From NCBI GenBank assembly GCA_963767505.1, contig CAVYDV010000008.1:358937-422936 (forward strand): DNA of 64,000 nucleotides, read 5' to 3'. The notes beneath the pieces are model-generated. The model was given only the letters and a program-made list of their open reading frames with translations, was not told the DNA's origin and did no database searches. This document shows positions 28,357-37,486 of this stretch, piece after piece. The position numbers were made by a program, and so were the translations under genes. Each line of letters starts with the position of its first letter. Position 1 is the stretch's first letter. Source of the DNA: an uncultured Thermoleophilia bacterium. GTDB lineage: Bacteria; Actinomycetota; Thermoleophilia; UBA2241.

Positions 28357-28416
28357 GCTGAACGCTCAAGGTTCGTGCAGGATTGCCGACTGTGCTGATG
28401 AAACGGTACTCGATAC

Positions 28417-28445
28417 TTGGTGAATCGGGAGACGTTTGCTAGGAT
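28417..28445 (+). promoter_or_regulatory. Candidate sigma-70-type promoter TTGGTG-N17-TAGGAT
   Basis: Read directly in the 260-nt, lower-GC aspS/28618 spacer. It would give a ~165-nt leader. Confidence 0.25.
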
Positions 28446-28617
28446 GGCGCAGCTCGACCTTGTGCGTGACCTCGTGGCATTCTCGAGCCAACATGTCTAC
28501 ATAGGGAGCCCGTTCGTCGACTCATTCGTGGATGAGCCGAGAGGGCACCCACCTGCAAGAGCAGGTTCGAGAATAAAGCGAGCACGGCAAGGTGGAGCAA
28601 TTCACTAGGGAGGATGC

Positions 28618-29205
28618 ATGGGCACGATACGACGCAACTCATCGTTCCTGATCTCGATTGCCCTCATTCTGGCGACCGGCGCCCTTCTTTTCGGCGGCGT
28701 GGTCGTGGTGCGCGTGGTGGCCGCCGAGAACACCACCGCAGCGGCACCGCCACCCTCCGCGACCGATTCCAACAACGCGGTCAGCAGCTACGGCCTCGAG
28801 AACCTGAGCGCCTCCGACTCCAGCCTCACGGCCGCCAGCGCTGGTGCTGGCTACGAGCCGCTGACCATCACCCCCACAGATGAGACCCCGGACTTCATCG
28901 CCGAAAGCCTGGCCGAACAGCAGGGGATCGTTCTGCTCGTGTACGTCCAGGGCGCCTCGGACGACATGGAGATGCTGAGCTACTTCAACACGGTCAAGGC
29001 GCAGTATGCGGCCGACTCCTCGTTCTTCTCCTTCGAGGCCGTCAAGACGACCGAACTCGGCGACACGCTCGGTCAGTTGCGCGCCAGCAACCCACCGGTG
29101 CTTGCCATCATCGATGGCAACGGAGAGGTCTCAGAGCTCTACACAGGATGGATCGGGCTCAAGGTCATGGAACAGCGCGTCGCCGACGCGGTACGCGGCC
29201 TCTAG
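28618..29205 (+). CDS. Hypothetical N-terminally membrane-anchored protein (195 aa)
   Basis: ATG preceded by TAGGGAGGA. One TM helix (SFLISIALILATGALLFGGVVVV), an Ala/Ser/Pro linker, then a ~110-aa globular part. No motif I can name. Confidence 0.6.
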   Translation: MGTIRRNSSFLISIALILATGALLFGGVVVVRVVAAENTTAAAPPPSATDSNNAVSSYGLENLSASDSSLTAASAGAGYEPLTITPTDETPDFIAESLAEQQGIVLLVYVQGASDDMEMLSYFNTVKAQYAADSSFFSFEAVKTTELGDTLGQLRASNPPVLAIIDGNGEVSELYTGWIGLKVMEQRVADAVRGL

Positions 29206-29245
29206 ACTCCCTTCGCCGGCTTTCGGGTTCGAGACGTTCACCTTG

Positions 29246-29276
29246 TTGACGACACACGGCTGCGTGGTACCATAAT
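29246..29276 (+). promoter_or_regulatory. Candidate sigma-70-type promoter (TTGACG ... TACCATAAT) for the Rrf2-iscS-iscU-mnmA operon
   Basis: TTGACG at 29246-29251. TACCAT follows 16 nt downstream and CATAAT 19 nt downstream. About 50 nt upstream of ATG 29324. Confidence 0.4.
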
Positions 29277-29323
29277 GCCGACCTTCCCGGTTGGGTTTTC
29301 ATGCACTCTCTGTCAGGAGCCTC

Positions 29324-29737
29324 ATGCGCATCTCGTCCCGCTGCGAATACGGCCTGAGAGCGATGGTCTATCTCGCCGAGCATGACGAGGCGCGTCCGGT
29401 GCCTCTCACGGAGATCGTCGCCCAGGAGGGCATCCCCGGGCCCTTCCTGGAGCGCATCCTCGCGCGCCTGCGAGAAAGCGGCCTGGTCTCCACGACACGC
29501 GGCGTGAGCGGTGGGTACCAGCTGTCGCGCGGTGCCGAGACGATCGCCGTCAGCCACATCGTGACCGCTCTCGAGGGACCCTTGGCTTTGGTCGGGTGCG
29601 TTCCCGACGACGGTGGTTGCGAGCGTTCCCAGTCGTGCGCCTCACGGGCAGTGTGGCGTCGCTTGGACAGTGCCATCAGCGGCACCCTCGCCGACATCAC
29701 ACTGCGCGATCTGACCACGGAAGCCGGACTTATATGA
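29324..29737 (+). CDS. Rrf2-family transcriptional regulator (IscR/CymR-like)
   Basis: MRISSRCEYGLRAMVYLA N-terminal wHTH. Three-Cys cluster GCVPDDGGCERSQSC typical of Fe-S-ligating Rrf2 proteins. The stop overlaps the next ATG. Confidence 0.85.
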   Translation: MRISSRCEYGLRAMVYLAEHDEARPVPLTEIVAQEGIPGPFLERILARLRESGLVSTTRGVSGGYQLSRGAETIAVSHIVTALEGPLALVGCVPDDGGCERSQSCASRAVWRRLDSAISGTLADITLRDLTTEAGLI

Positions 29738-30894
29738 GGAGCATCTACTTCGACCACGCGGCGACGACACCGGTCGACTCGAGGGTCCTCGACGAGATGC
29801 TCCCGTACTTCAGCGGCGAGTACGGGAACCCCTCAGAGCTCCATCGCCTGGGCAGGGGGGCACGTCTCGCCGTGGAGCGAGCACGATCACGAGTGGCAGC
29901 CACTCTGGGCGCCGCCGACAACGAGATCGTCTTCACCGGCGGCGGCACCGAAGCCGACAACCTGGCGCTGGTCGGCTACCTTCAGCGTCTCGCGCCGGGG
30001 CACCTTGTCGTCAGCGCCGTCGAGCACCCCGCTGTCCTCGAGGCGGCGCGGGCCCTCAATCGCGCCGGGTGGGACGTCGACTTCGTACCGGTCGACGAGC
30101 ATGGGACCATCGACCTCGAGGCCTACGAGAAGGCCTTTCGCCCAGACACCAAGCTGGCCTCGGTACTCCACGCCAGCAACGTCATCGGGACCGTGCAGCC
30201 CATCGCCGAGCTGGCGCGTATCGCCCACGAGAAGGGTGCAGTGTTCCATACGGACGCCGTCCAGTCGGTCGGAGCGCTCGCCATCGACGTCGTCGACCTC
30301 GGTATCGACATGCTCAGCATCTCGGGGCACAAGATCTTCGGCCCCAAAGGTGTGGGGGCCCTCTACCTGAAACGCGGGATCCGTGTGACTCCAATCGCCC
30401 ATGGGGGCGGACAGGAGCGTCGATTGCGCTCCGGGACGGAGAACGTGCCGGGTATCGTCGGGCTCGGCGCCGCCATCGAGTTGGCGGCCGCAGGCATCCC
30501 CGAGACGAGTCCACGCCTGGAGGCGCTGCGCGATCGTCTCGTGGCAGGCGTGCTCGCCGGCGTGCCGGGCTCCCGCTACCTCGGCCATCCGTCGCGTCGG
30601 CTGCCGGGCAACGCCGCCTTCACCGTCCGCTTCGTCGAGGGCGAGTCGATGCTGCTGCGGCTCGATGCCGCAGGCTTCATGGTGTCGAGTGGTTCGGCCT
30701 GCGCCTCCGGCTCGCTCGAGCCCTCCGCCGTGATCATGGCCCTGGGAGTGGGGGCCGAGGAGGCGCACGGCAGCATACGGGTCAGCCTCGGTCGCGAGAA
30801 CACGCAAGCAGAGGTCGATGCGTTCGTCGAGGCGTTTCCGCCGATCGTCGACAATCTGCGACAGATGAGCCCCCTCTACGGCAAGGGGTCATGA
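29734..30894 (+). CDS. iscS: Cysteine desulfurase (NifS/IscS type)
   Basis: PLP-lysine motif SGHKIFGPKGVGALY and active-site loop SSGSACASGS. Intact 386 aa. Confidence 0.9.
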   Translation: MRSIYFDHAATTPVDSRVLDEMLPYFSGEYGNPSELHRLGRGARLAVERARSRVAATLGAADNEIVFTGGGTEADNLALVGYLQRLAPGHLVVSAVEHPAVLEAARALNRAGWDVDFVPVDEHGTIDLEAYEKAFRPDTKLASVLHASNVIGTVQPIAELARIAHEKGAVFHTDAVQSVGALAIDVVDLGIDMLSISGHKIFGPKGVGALYLKRGIRVTPIAHGGGQERRLRSGTENVPGIVGLGAAIELAAAGIPETSPRLEALRDRLVAGVLAGVPGSRYLGHPSRRLPGNAAFTVRFVEGESMLLRLDAAGFMVSSGSACASGSLEPSAVIMALGVGAEEAHGSIRVSLGRENTQAEVDAFVEAFPPIVDNLRQMSPLYGKGS

Positions 30895-31325
30895 TGTACA
30901 CGGACCTCGTGATGGACCACTTCAGCGATCCGCGGAACGTCGGGGAGATCGAGGGTGCCGATGGGGTGGGCCAGGTCGGCAACCCCGTCTGCGGCGACGT
31001 CATGCGTATCAGCATCCGCGTCCAGGACGATCGCCTCTTGGACGTCAAGTTCAAGACCTTCGGCTGCGGGGCCGCGGTGGCGACATCGAGCATGATCACG
31101 GAGATGGCCACGGGCAAGACTCTGAAGGAGGCCGGCGGGCTTTCGAACAGGGCCGTCGCCGCGGCCCTCGGCGGCCTGCCCCCGAGCAAGATGCACTGCT
31201 CTAACCTCGCCGCCGACGCCCTGCATCTCGCCATTCAGGCCTATCTCGAGAACAACGGGCGCGCCGCCGAGGTCGAGGAGGTCCTCGGAACGCTCCCAAA
31301 AGCACCGGAGCCCTCGTCGCACTGA
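30891..31325 (+). CDS. iscU: Fe-S cluster assembly scaffold IscU/NifU-like
   Basis: Three conserved Cys contexts (NPVCGD, FGCGAA, HCSNL). ATGA overlap with iscS. The C-terminal ~15 aa may be affected by an indel at the mnmA junction. Confidence 0.85.
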   Translation: MMYTDLVMDHFSDPRNVGEIEGADGVGQVGNPVCGDVMRISIRVQDDRLLDVKFKTFGCGAAVATSSMITEMATGKTLKEAGGLSNRAVAAALGGLPPSKMHCSNLAADALHLAIQAYLENNGRAAEVEEVLGTLPKAPEPSSH

Positions 31326-32362
31326 GCGGCGGGGTGGACAGCGCCGTGACGGCGCTGCGCCTCGTGGAGCAGGGGCGCGCGCTGGAGGCGGCGATGGTGC
31401 GACTCTGGCCCAGCGACGACGAGCGCAGCTGCTGCTCGCCGGGTGCGCTGCAGCGGGCGCGGCAGACGGCTGCAGCCGTTGGGGTGCCTTTCCACGTGCT
31501 GGACGAGGCCTCCGACTTCGCCGCCCGCGTCGTCGAACCGTTCGTCGCATCCTACGTCGCCGGCGAGACGCCGAACCCCTGCGTCAGGTGCAATCCCCGG
31601 CGGCTGGCGGCCCTCGTCCGCTTGGCCGACGAGCTCGGCGTCAGGCGGGTCGCCACGGGCCACTACGCGCGCCTCGTGTGGAGGGGCGGCGAGCCCTACC
31701 TTGCCCGCGCCGCCGACGCTGTGAAGGACCAGACCTATATGCTGTGGGCCGTCCCTCCCGATATCCTCGCACGTCTCGAGTTCCCCCTCGGCGAGTCGAC
31801 CAAGAGCGAAGTCCGTGCAGCCGCGGCAGCGGCTGGGCTCCCCTCCGCAACGCAGCCTGAGAGCCAGGAGGTGTGCTTCGCGCCCGACGGCTACCGAGGC
31901 TTTCTCGAGAGTCGCGGTGCGGGGCCCGCTCGGGGCGCCGTGGTCGACATCAAGGGCCGCGCTCTCGGCGAGCACAAGGGCCACTGGCGCTACACGATCG
32001 GGCAGCGCCGCGGCCTCGGGATCGCGTCTGAGGAGCCCCTGTACGTGCTCGAGCGACGTGCCCACCACAACGAGGTGGTGGTGGGTCCTCGCCAGGAGCT
32101 CCAAGTCAGAGAGGTGGCGGTCCGCGAGATGGTCGACCGTGACCTCGGCGATGGACGCGATCTGCTGGTCCAACTCCGCTACCGCTCCGCCGCAGTTCCG
32201 GTCGCGGGTATCGAGCGGCGCTCGGCGGCGACGGCAGTGATCCACCTAGCCGAGGAGTTCAGCGGCGCGGCCCCCGGGCAGTCGGCTGTGTTCTACCGTG
32301 ACGACGTTCTGGTGGGCGGCGCGGTGATCGCCGAGCCGCCCCTCGTCAGGCAGGGAGTGTGA
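31298..32362 (+). CDS. mnmA: tRNA 2-thiouridine(34) synthase MnmA; no in-frame start codon upstream of the PP-loop
   Basis: ..ALVALSGGVDSAV (PP-loop), NPCVRCN, catalytic ..ESQEVCF... The frame is open from 31205 but has no ATG/GTG/TTG before GTG 31334, which lies inside the SGGVDS motif. Confidence 0.8.
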   Translation, partial: KSTGALVALSGGVDSAVTALRLVEQGRALEAAMVRLWPSDDERSCCSPGALQRARQTAAAVGVPFHVLDEASDFAARVVEPFVASYVAGETPNPCVRCNPRRLAALVRLADELGVRRVATGHYARLVWRGGEPYLARAADAVKDQTYMLWAVPPDILARLEFPLGESTKSEVRAAAAAAGLPSATQPESQEVCFAPDGYRGFLESRGAGPARGAVVDIKGRALGEHKGHWRYTIGQRRGLGIASEEPLYVLERRAHHNEVVVGPRQELQVREVAVREMVDRDLGDGRDLLVQLRYRSAAVPVAGIERRSAATAVIHLAEEFSGAAPGQSAVFYRDDVLVGGAVIAEPPLVRQGV

Positions 32363-32411
32363 TAGGGTTCGGCCTGTCCCGGAGGCTCACCCAGTCGGCA
32401 AGGAGCGATTG

Positions 32412-32906
32412 ATGGAAGCCATACTCGCGCCAATCGCGCTGACCTCTTCCGAGGTACTGCGCTACGCCGCCGCCTTCTTCTTCGTGTTGGTCGCGATCAC
32501 GATGGCCTATGCGCTCATCAAGGCCGCCAAGGCACTGGATCGCGTCGACACGGTGCTGGCCGACGTCGATCAAGAGGTCGTACCGCTGATGAAGAAGGCC
32601 GGCGTGTCTCTCGACGGCGTCAACGCCAACCTCGGCAACGTCGACGACATCACCAAGGACGTCGCCGACATCACCGACAAGATCGACTCCATGGCCAACA
32701 TCGTCGAAGGCGCCGTCTCCAAGCCCGCGCGCAAGGCGGCATCGTTCAGCGCCGGCGTGCAAACGGCCATGTCCTCGTTCATGCGACGCGACCGGGACGA
32801 CCTCGCTGAAGACGCCCCGTCCGAGGACGCCTCCGCCGCATCCGAGACGGCGGCAGCGGCCAGCGCGGCAGGCGACGATCCGGGGACTCCCCCAAGCGAG
32901 ACCTGA
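32412..32906 (+). CDS. DUF948-like membrane-anchored protein
   Basis: AAGGAG then ATG 32412. One TM helix followed by a long helical region rich in D/V/A (..DRVDTVLADVDQEVVPLMKKAGVSLDGVNANLGNVDDITKDV..). Confidence 0.6.
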   Translation: MEAILAPIALTSSEVLRYAAAFFFVLVAITMAYALIKAAKALDRVDTVLADVDQEVVPLMKKAGVSLDGVNANLGNVDDITKDVADITDKIDSMANIVEGAVSKPARKAASFSAGVQTAMSSFMRRDRDDLAEDAPSEDASAASETAAAASAAGDDPGTPPSET

Positions 32907-32909
32907 GCC

Positions 32910-33194
32910 ATGGGTCTCTCCGCAAGGCTGATCATCGGCGGAGTGGCGGCCGGCGCCGCCCTCGCCTACTACGTCAAGAAGCGCCACGTCGCGACGGGCG
33001 ACTCCTACCTCGACATCGTGGCGCAACTGCCGTCCGCCGCTCGACGCTCAGTCGGCGAGATGAAGCAGCGTGCCACGCTGGCTCTCGAGGAGGGCAAGAC
33101 GGCGGCGCGCGCCCGCGACTCCGAGCTCTCGGGCCAGCTTGAGCCCCCGAAGCCAGCTCCTCCCGCCGCCACCCCGACGCACCCAGGGAGCTGA
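32910..33194 (+). CDS. YtxH-like small membrane/stress protein
   Basis: N-terminal GLSARLIIGGVAAGAALAYY followed by a charged helical tail. Typical YtxH layout and neighbourhood (adjacent to DUF948). Confidence 0.5.
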   Translation: MGLSARLIIGGVAAGAALAYYVKKRHVATGDSYLDIVAQLPSAARRSVGEMKQRATLALEEGKTAARARDSELSGQLEPPKPAPPAATPTHPGS

Positions 33195-33205
33195 AGGAGC
33201 GCACC

Positions 33206-33604
33206 TTGACCGAGAGGATCAACCTCGAGGTGCCGGCTTCGCTCAGCGCTCTCTCGGCGGTCCGCAGAGTGCTCGGCGGTCTCGGTGCGCGGCTCGGCTA
33301 CTCGCTGGACGACATCGAAGACCTCTACCTCGGCACAGAGGAGCTGCTGCGCGCCGCGCTGAGCTACGAATCACTCGAGTGCTTTCGCCTCGAGATGCTG
33401 GTGGCGGCAGACCACCTGCAGCTCACGATCGGCACGTTCTCTTCGGAGCGCCTGCTGGCCGAAGTGGCTGCCGAGGTGCAGGCCTGCGACAGCATCGACC
33501 TCTGCCGCTTGCTGCACCGCACCATGGATGAGGTCAATGTGGTCGATCCAAGCGACGCCTTCAGCGTGGTGCTCCTCCGGCGCCATCGGGATGTGGACTC
33601 GTGA
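33206..33604 (+). CDS. RsbW-like anti-sigma factor lacking the kinase ATP-binding motifs
   Basis: The N-terminal half aligns by eye with B. subtilis RsbW (INLEVPASLSALSAVRRVLGGLGARLGYSLDDIEDLYLGTEELL vs [44 protein letters not shown]). The N-box Asn and the DxGxG/GxG boxes are absent. The stop overlaps the sigma gene GTG. Confidence 0.6.
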   Translation: MTERINLEVPASLSALSAVRRVLGGLGARLGYSLDDIEDLYLGTEELLRAALSYESLECFRLEMLVAADHLQLTIGTFSSERLLAEVAAEVQACDSIDLCRLLHRTMDEVNVVDPSDAFSVVLLRRHRDVDS

Positions 33605-34434
33605 GCGTGGATGCGCACGACGACGTCGAAGGCCGCGGTCGCGACGAGTCGGAGAAGCTGGATCAGTACCTGCTGCGCCGCTACCATTTGCACGGCGACC
33701 AGAAGGCGCGCGAGCAGCTGATCACCATGTACATGCCGCTGGTGCGCTCGCTGGCGCGGCGCTACGCCTCCCGCGGTGAGCACTTCGACGATCTCGTCCA
33801 GGTCGGGGCGATCGGCCTGATCAAGGCCATCGACCGCTTCGACCTTGCTCGGGGTGTCGAGTTGACGACCTACGCCACGCCCAACATCGTCGGCGAGATC
33901 AAGCGCTACTTCCGCGACAAGGGCTGGTCGGTGCGGGTGCCTCGCGGCCTGCAGGAGCTGAACATCCGCGTCAACAAGGTGATCGACGAGCTGACTCCCA
34001 AGCTGCAGCGTTCGCCGACCATCGCCGAGATCGCGGAGTCGGCCAACGCCACGCCGGAGGAAGTCCTCGAAGCGCTTGAGTCAAGCCAGGCCTACAACTC
34101 CATCTCCCTTCAGGCGTCCCCGAACAGCGATTCCGGCGACGACGAGGCCAGCCTCGTGGACTATCTCGGGGGCGAGGAGGACGCCTACGACACGATGGAG
34201 GATCGCACGATGCTGGCCCCGGGCTTCGCCAAGCTCGAAAGCCGCGAGCGCTACATCCTCCACCTGCGCTTCTTCGAGGGCCTTACCCAGAGCCAGATCG
34301 CGTCGCGCGTCGGCATCTCGCAGATGCACGTTTCGCGCCTCATCCGGCGTTCGCTGGAGAAGCTCCGCGAGGAGATCGGTGAGCTCAATGCTCCGCCGGC
34401 CAAGCGCTCGCCGAGCACCGGCGACGACCTGTAG
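33601..34434 (+). CDS. Group-3 sigma-70 family factor (SigB/SigF type)
   Basis: Region 2 (FDDLVQVGAIGLIKAIDRFD, TYATPNIVGEIKRYFRDKGWSVRVPR), region 3, and region 4 HTH (LTQSQIASRVGISQMHVSRLIRRSL). Intact. Confidence 0.85.
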   Translation: MSVDAHDDVEGRGRDESEKLDQYLLRRYHLHGDQKAREQLITMYMPLVRSLARRYASRGEHFDDLVQVGAIGLIKAIDRFDLARGVELTTYATPNIVGEIKRYFRDKGWSVRVPRGLQELNIRVNKVIDELTPKLQRSPTIAEIAESANATPEEVLEALESSQAYNSISLQASPNSDSGDDEASLVDYLGGEEDAYDTMEDRTMLAPGFAKLESRERYILHLRFFEGLTQSQIASRVGISQMHVSRLIRRSLEKLREEIGELNAPPAKRSPSTGDDL

Positions 34435-34451
34435 AACCAACTTCGGACGAC

Positions 34452-37088
34452 GTGAGGGACCCATTGAAGGCTGCCGATATCCGCGACCTGTTCAGAGACT
34501 TCTTCGCCGCGCGCGGACACATCGAGGGTGAGCCTGCAAGCCTGGTTCCCGCCGGCGATACCAGCGTGCTGTTCACAACGGCGGGCATGCAGCAGTTCAA
34601 GCCCTACTACCTGGGTGTGGGGACTCCCCCGGCGAGGCGTATGATCACCTGCCAGCGCTGCTTCAGGACCTCGGACGTCGAGAACGTCGGAAAGACCGCC
34701 CGCCACCTCACGTTCTTCGAGATGCTCGGCAACTTCTCGTTCGGCGACTACTTCAAGGCCGAGGCGATCAAGTGGGCTCTGGAGTTCTCGGACGAACTCG
34801 GCATCGATCGCGATCGGGTCTGGATCTCGGTGTACGGCGGCGACGCGGAGGTACCGGCAGACGAGGAGGCCGTGGAACTCTGGCAGAGCTGCGGCGTCCC
34901 GGCCACGCGCATCGTACGGCTCGGCCGCGGCGACAACTTCTGGGGGCCGGCCGGGCCCACGGGCCCGTGCGGCCCGTGCTCCGAGCTCTACTACGACCTG
35001 GGCTCCGAGTTCGGCTGCGGTTGCGCCACATGTGCGCCCGGCTGCGACTGCGACCGCTTCATGGAGTACTGGAACCTCGTCTTCGTCCAGTACGAGATGG
35101 ACGCCACGGGGGCTCTCACGCCGCTGCCCCAGCCGAGCATCGACACGGGCATGGGGCTCGAGCGCCTGGCCACCATCACGCAAGGCGCAGGCGACGTCTA
35201 CGAGACCGATCTCTTCGCCTCGCTGATGGCTACGGCGTCGCGCCTGGCAGACGTGCGGACGGACGACTCGGCCGCTGCGACTCGTGCACTGCGGGTCATG
35301 ACCGAGCACGCCAGAGCGGCGGCCTTCCTCGTCATGGACGGTGTCCTGCCCGGCAACGAGGGCCGCGACTACGTACTGCGGCGCATCATTCGTCGGGCCG
35401 TGCAGCAGGGCGTCTCCATCGGCATCGACAAGCCATTCCTGGCCGCCTTGGCCGGGCAAGTCGTGGATGAGATGGGCGCCGCCTACCCGCAACTCGTCGC
35501 GGCGCGGTCGGAGATCGATCGGGCCCTCGTCGAGGAGGAAGCCCGTTTTCGCCGTACGCTCGATCAGGGCATGGGTATCATCGACGAGGCCTTGCGGCGC
35601 GCGCGCGACGCAGGCTCCGAGCTTCCGGCCGAAGTGGCTTTCGAGCTGCATGACACGTACGGCTTCCCCTTCGACCTCACGCGAGAGATCGCCGCCGAGT
35701 CAGAGATGAGCGTCGACGAAGAGCGCTTCGAGCACCTCATGGAGGAGCAGCGCCGGCGGGCTCGAGCGGCGCAGAAGGACGCGGGTCTGGCCGGTACGGA
35801 CGAACTCAACAGCTTCCAGCGGCGTACATGCCGGGCTGCCGTCTCGTTCGTCGGATACGAGCAGCTCGAGGTCTTCACAGTCATACGGGCTTGCGACGAG
35901 CTGTCCGACGGCCGTCTCGTCGTCAAGCTCGCCGAGTCGCCGTTCTACGCCGAGGGCGGCGGACAGGTCGCCGATGTCGGGTGGGTGCACACGGACTCGG
36001 GCAAGCTCGATGTGGACGAGGTCCTGCGTTTCGACACCGACCAGGTGCTCGTGGCGCGTCAGGTAGAAGGCGAGGTCGTCGCCGGGGAACGTGCCAAGGC
36101 CATGGTCAACGCCGTCCGCCGTCACCAGACCGCATGCAACCACACCGCGACGCATCTCCTGCACAACGCTCTGCGCATCGTGCTTGGCGACAACGTACGC
36201 CAGGCCGGATCCATGGTGCGTCCGGAACGCCTGCGTTTCGACTTCAACGTTCGCAGGGCGCCGACACGTGAGGAGCTCCGGCAGGTCGAAGAGCTCGTCA
36301 ATCGGCGCATCGTCGAGAGCCACGCTGTGCGGCCGTTCGTGACGACCAAGGAGTATGCAGCCGAGATCGGCGCGTTGGCCTTCTTCGAAGACAAGTACGG
36401 TGAGTTCGTCCGCGTGCTGGAGATCGACGACTTCAGCCGCGAGCTTTGCGGCGGCACGCACGTGACGTCGACCTCCCAGATCGGCATGTTCAGGATCACC
36501 AGCAGTCAGTCGGTCGGCGCCAACACGCGCCGCATCGAGGCCATCACGTCGGCCAGGGCCATCGACCACTACCGTAGGCTCGAGCAGGAGTGGGACGAGG
36601 TCGCCGAAGGTCTCGGCGTCAAGCCCGATCGCCTGGGCGCGACGGTCGACAAGCTCAAGAACCGACTCGCCGAGACGCAGGCCAAGCTCAAGGCGGCGGA
36701 GAGTGGGGGAGGGCAGACCCGGCTGGAGGACCTGCTCACCGCGATGACGCCCGTCGGTGGCGTGTCACTGGTCGCGGGCGCGCCGGATGTGGCCGACGGC
36801 GCTGAGCTGCTCGAGCTCGCGGATCAAGTGCATGCGCGCCACCCGGAGGCCATCGTCCTTCTGGGGGCGGCCCTGGGTGGCAAGGCGGCTCTGGTCGTGT
36901 CCGCCGGCGATGCGGCAGTGGGTCGCGGTGTCCACGCCGGTGAGATCCTGAAGGCCATGCTGCCTGCCGTCGACGGCAGGGGCGGAGGGAAGCCGACCCT
37001 GGCACGCGGGGGCGGGGCCAACGAGGCCGGCATCGCCGCGGCCCTTGAGGCGGGCGTCGCCCGAGCCCGAGGCCTGCTGGAGGAGTAG
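34452..37088 (+). CDS. alaS: Alanine--tRNA ligase
   Basis: Intact 878 aa. FTTAGMQQFKPY, editing-domain HxxxH (NHTATHLLHNAL) and CGGTH, C-terminal DHHA1. Confidence 0.95.
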   Translation: MRDPLKAADIRDLFRDFFAARGHIEGEPASLVPAGDTSVLFTTAGMQQFKPYYLGVGTPPARRMITCQRCFRTSDVENVGKTARHLTFFEMLGNFSFGDYFKAEAIKWALEFSDELGIDRDRVWISVYGGDAEVPADEEAVELWQSCGVPATRIVRLGRGDNFWGPAGPTGPCGPCSELYYDLGSEFGCGCATCAPGCDCDRFMEYWNLVFVQYEMDATGALTPLPQPSIDTGMGLERLATITQGAGDVYETDLFASLMATASRLADVRTDDSAAATRALRVMTEHARAAAFLVMDGVLPGNEGRDYVLRRIIRRAVQQGVSIGIDKPFLAALAGQVVDEMGAAYPQLVAARSEIDRALVEEEARFRRTLDQGMGIIDEALRRARDAGSELPAEVAFELHDTYGFPFDLTREIAAESEMSVDEERFEHLMEEQRRRARAAQKDAGLAGTDELNSFQRRTCRAAVSFVGYEQLEVFTVIRACDELSDGRLVVKLAESPFYAEGGGQVADVGWVHTDSGKLDVDEVLRFDTDQVLVARQVEGEVVAGERAKAMVNAVRRHQTACNHTATHLLHNALRIVLGDNVRQAGSMVRPERLRFDFNVRRAPTREELRQVEELVNRRIVESHAVRPFVTTKEYAAEIGALAFFEDKYGEFVRVLEIDDFSRELCGGTHVTSTSQIGMFRITSSQSVGANTRRIEAITSARAIDHYRRLEQEWDEVAEGLGVKPDRLGATVDKLKNRLAETQAKLKAAESGGGQTRLEDLLTAMTPVGGVSLVAGAPDVADGAELLELADQVHARHPEAIVLLGAALGGKAALVVSAGDAAVGRGVHAGEILKAMLPAVDGRGGGKPTLARGGGANEAGIAAALEAGVARARGLLEE

Positions 37089-37090
37089 CC

Positions 37091-37486
37091 ATGCGCATCG
37101 TCGCTCTCGATCACGGAGCGGTGCGTACTGGGGTCGCGATCTCGGATGAGACGGCCACTCTGGCGCGGCCTCTCACCACGCTCGCAAAGGTTGACACGGC
37201 GCCGGGCTTCTCGGCGCTGCTCGCGTTGCTCGAGGCCGAAGCGCCCGGACTCATCGTGGTAGGGTTGCCCGTGTCCCTTGACGGCCGCGAACACGAGCAG
37301 GCGCGACACGCGCGGTCCTTCGCGGAGCGCCTCAGGCTGGCGGTGGCCCTTCCCGTGGAGCTGTACGACGAGCGCTTCACGAGCAGGATCGCTGACCAGC
37401 GCGGTGGCCGCGCGTCGCGCGACGCGCGGGCCGCTGCAACGCTGCTCGAGGACTACCTGAGGATGATCGGTGAGCCGACCTTCTAG
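37091..37486 (+). CDS. ruvX: Putative pre-16S rRNA nuclease / Holliday-junction-resolvase-like YqgF
   Basis: MRIVALDHGAVRTGVAISD start, 131 aa. Conserved alaS-ruvX-mltG order. Confidence 0.85.
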   Translation: MRIVALDHGAVRTGVAISDETATLARPLTTLAKVDTAPGFSALLALLEAEAPGLIVVGLPVSLDGREHEQARHARSFAERLRLAVALPVELYDERFTSRIADQRGGRASRDARAAATLLEDYLRMIGEPTF

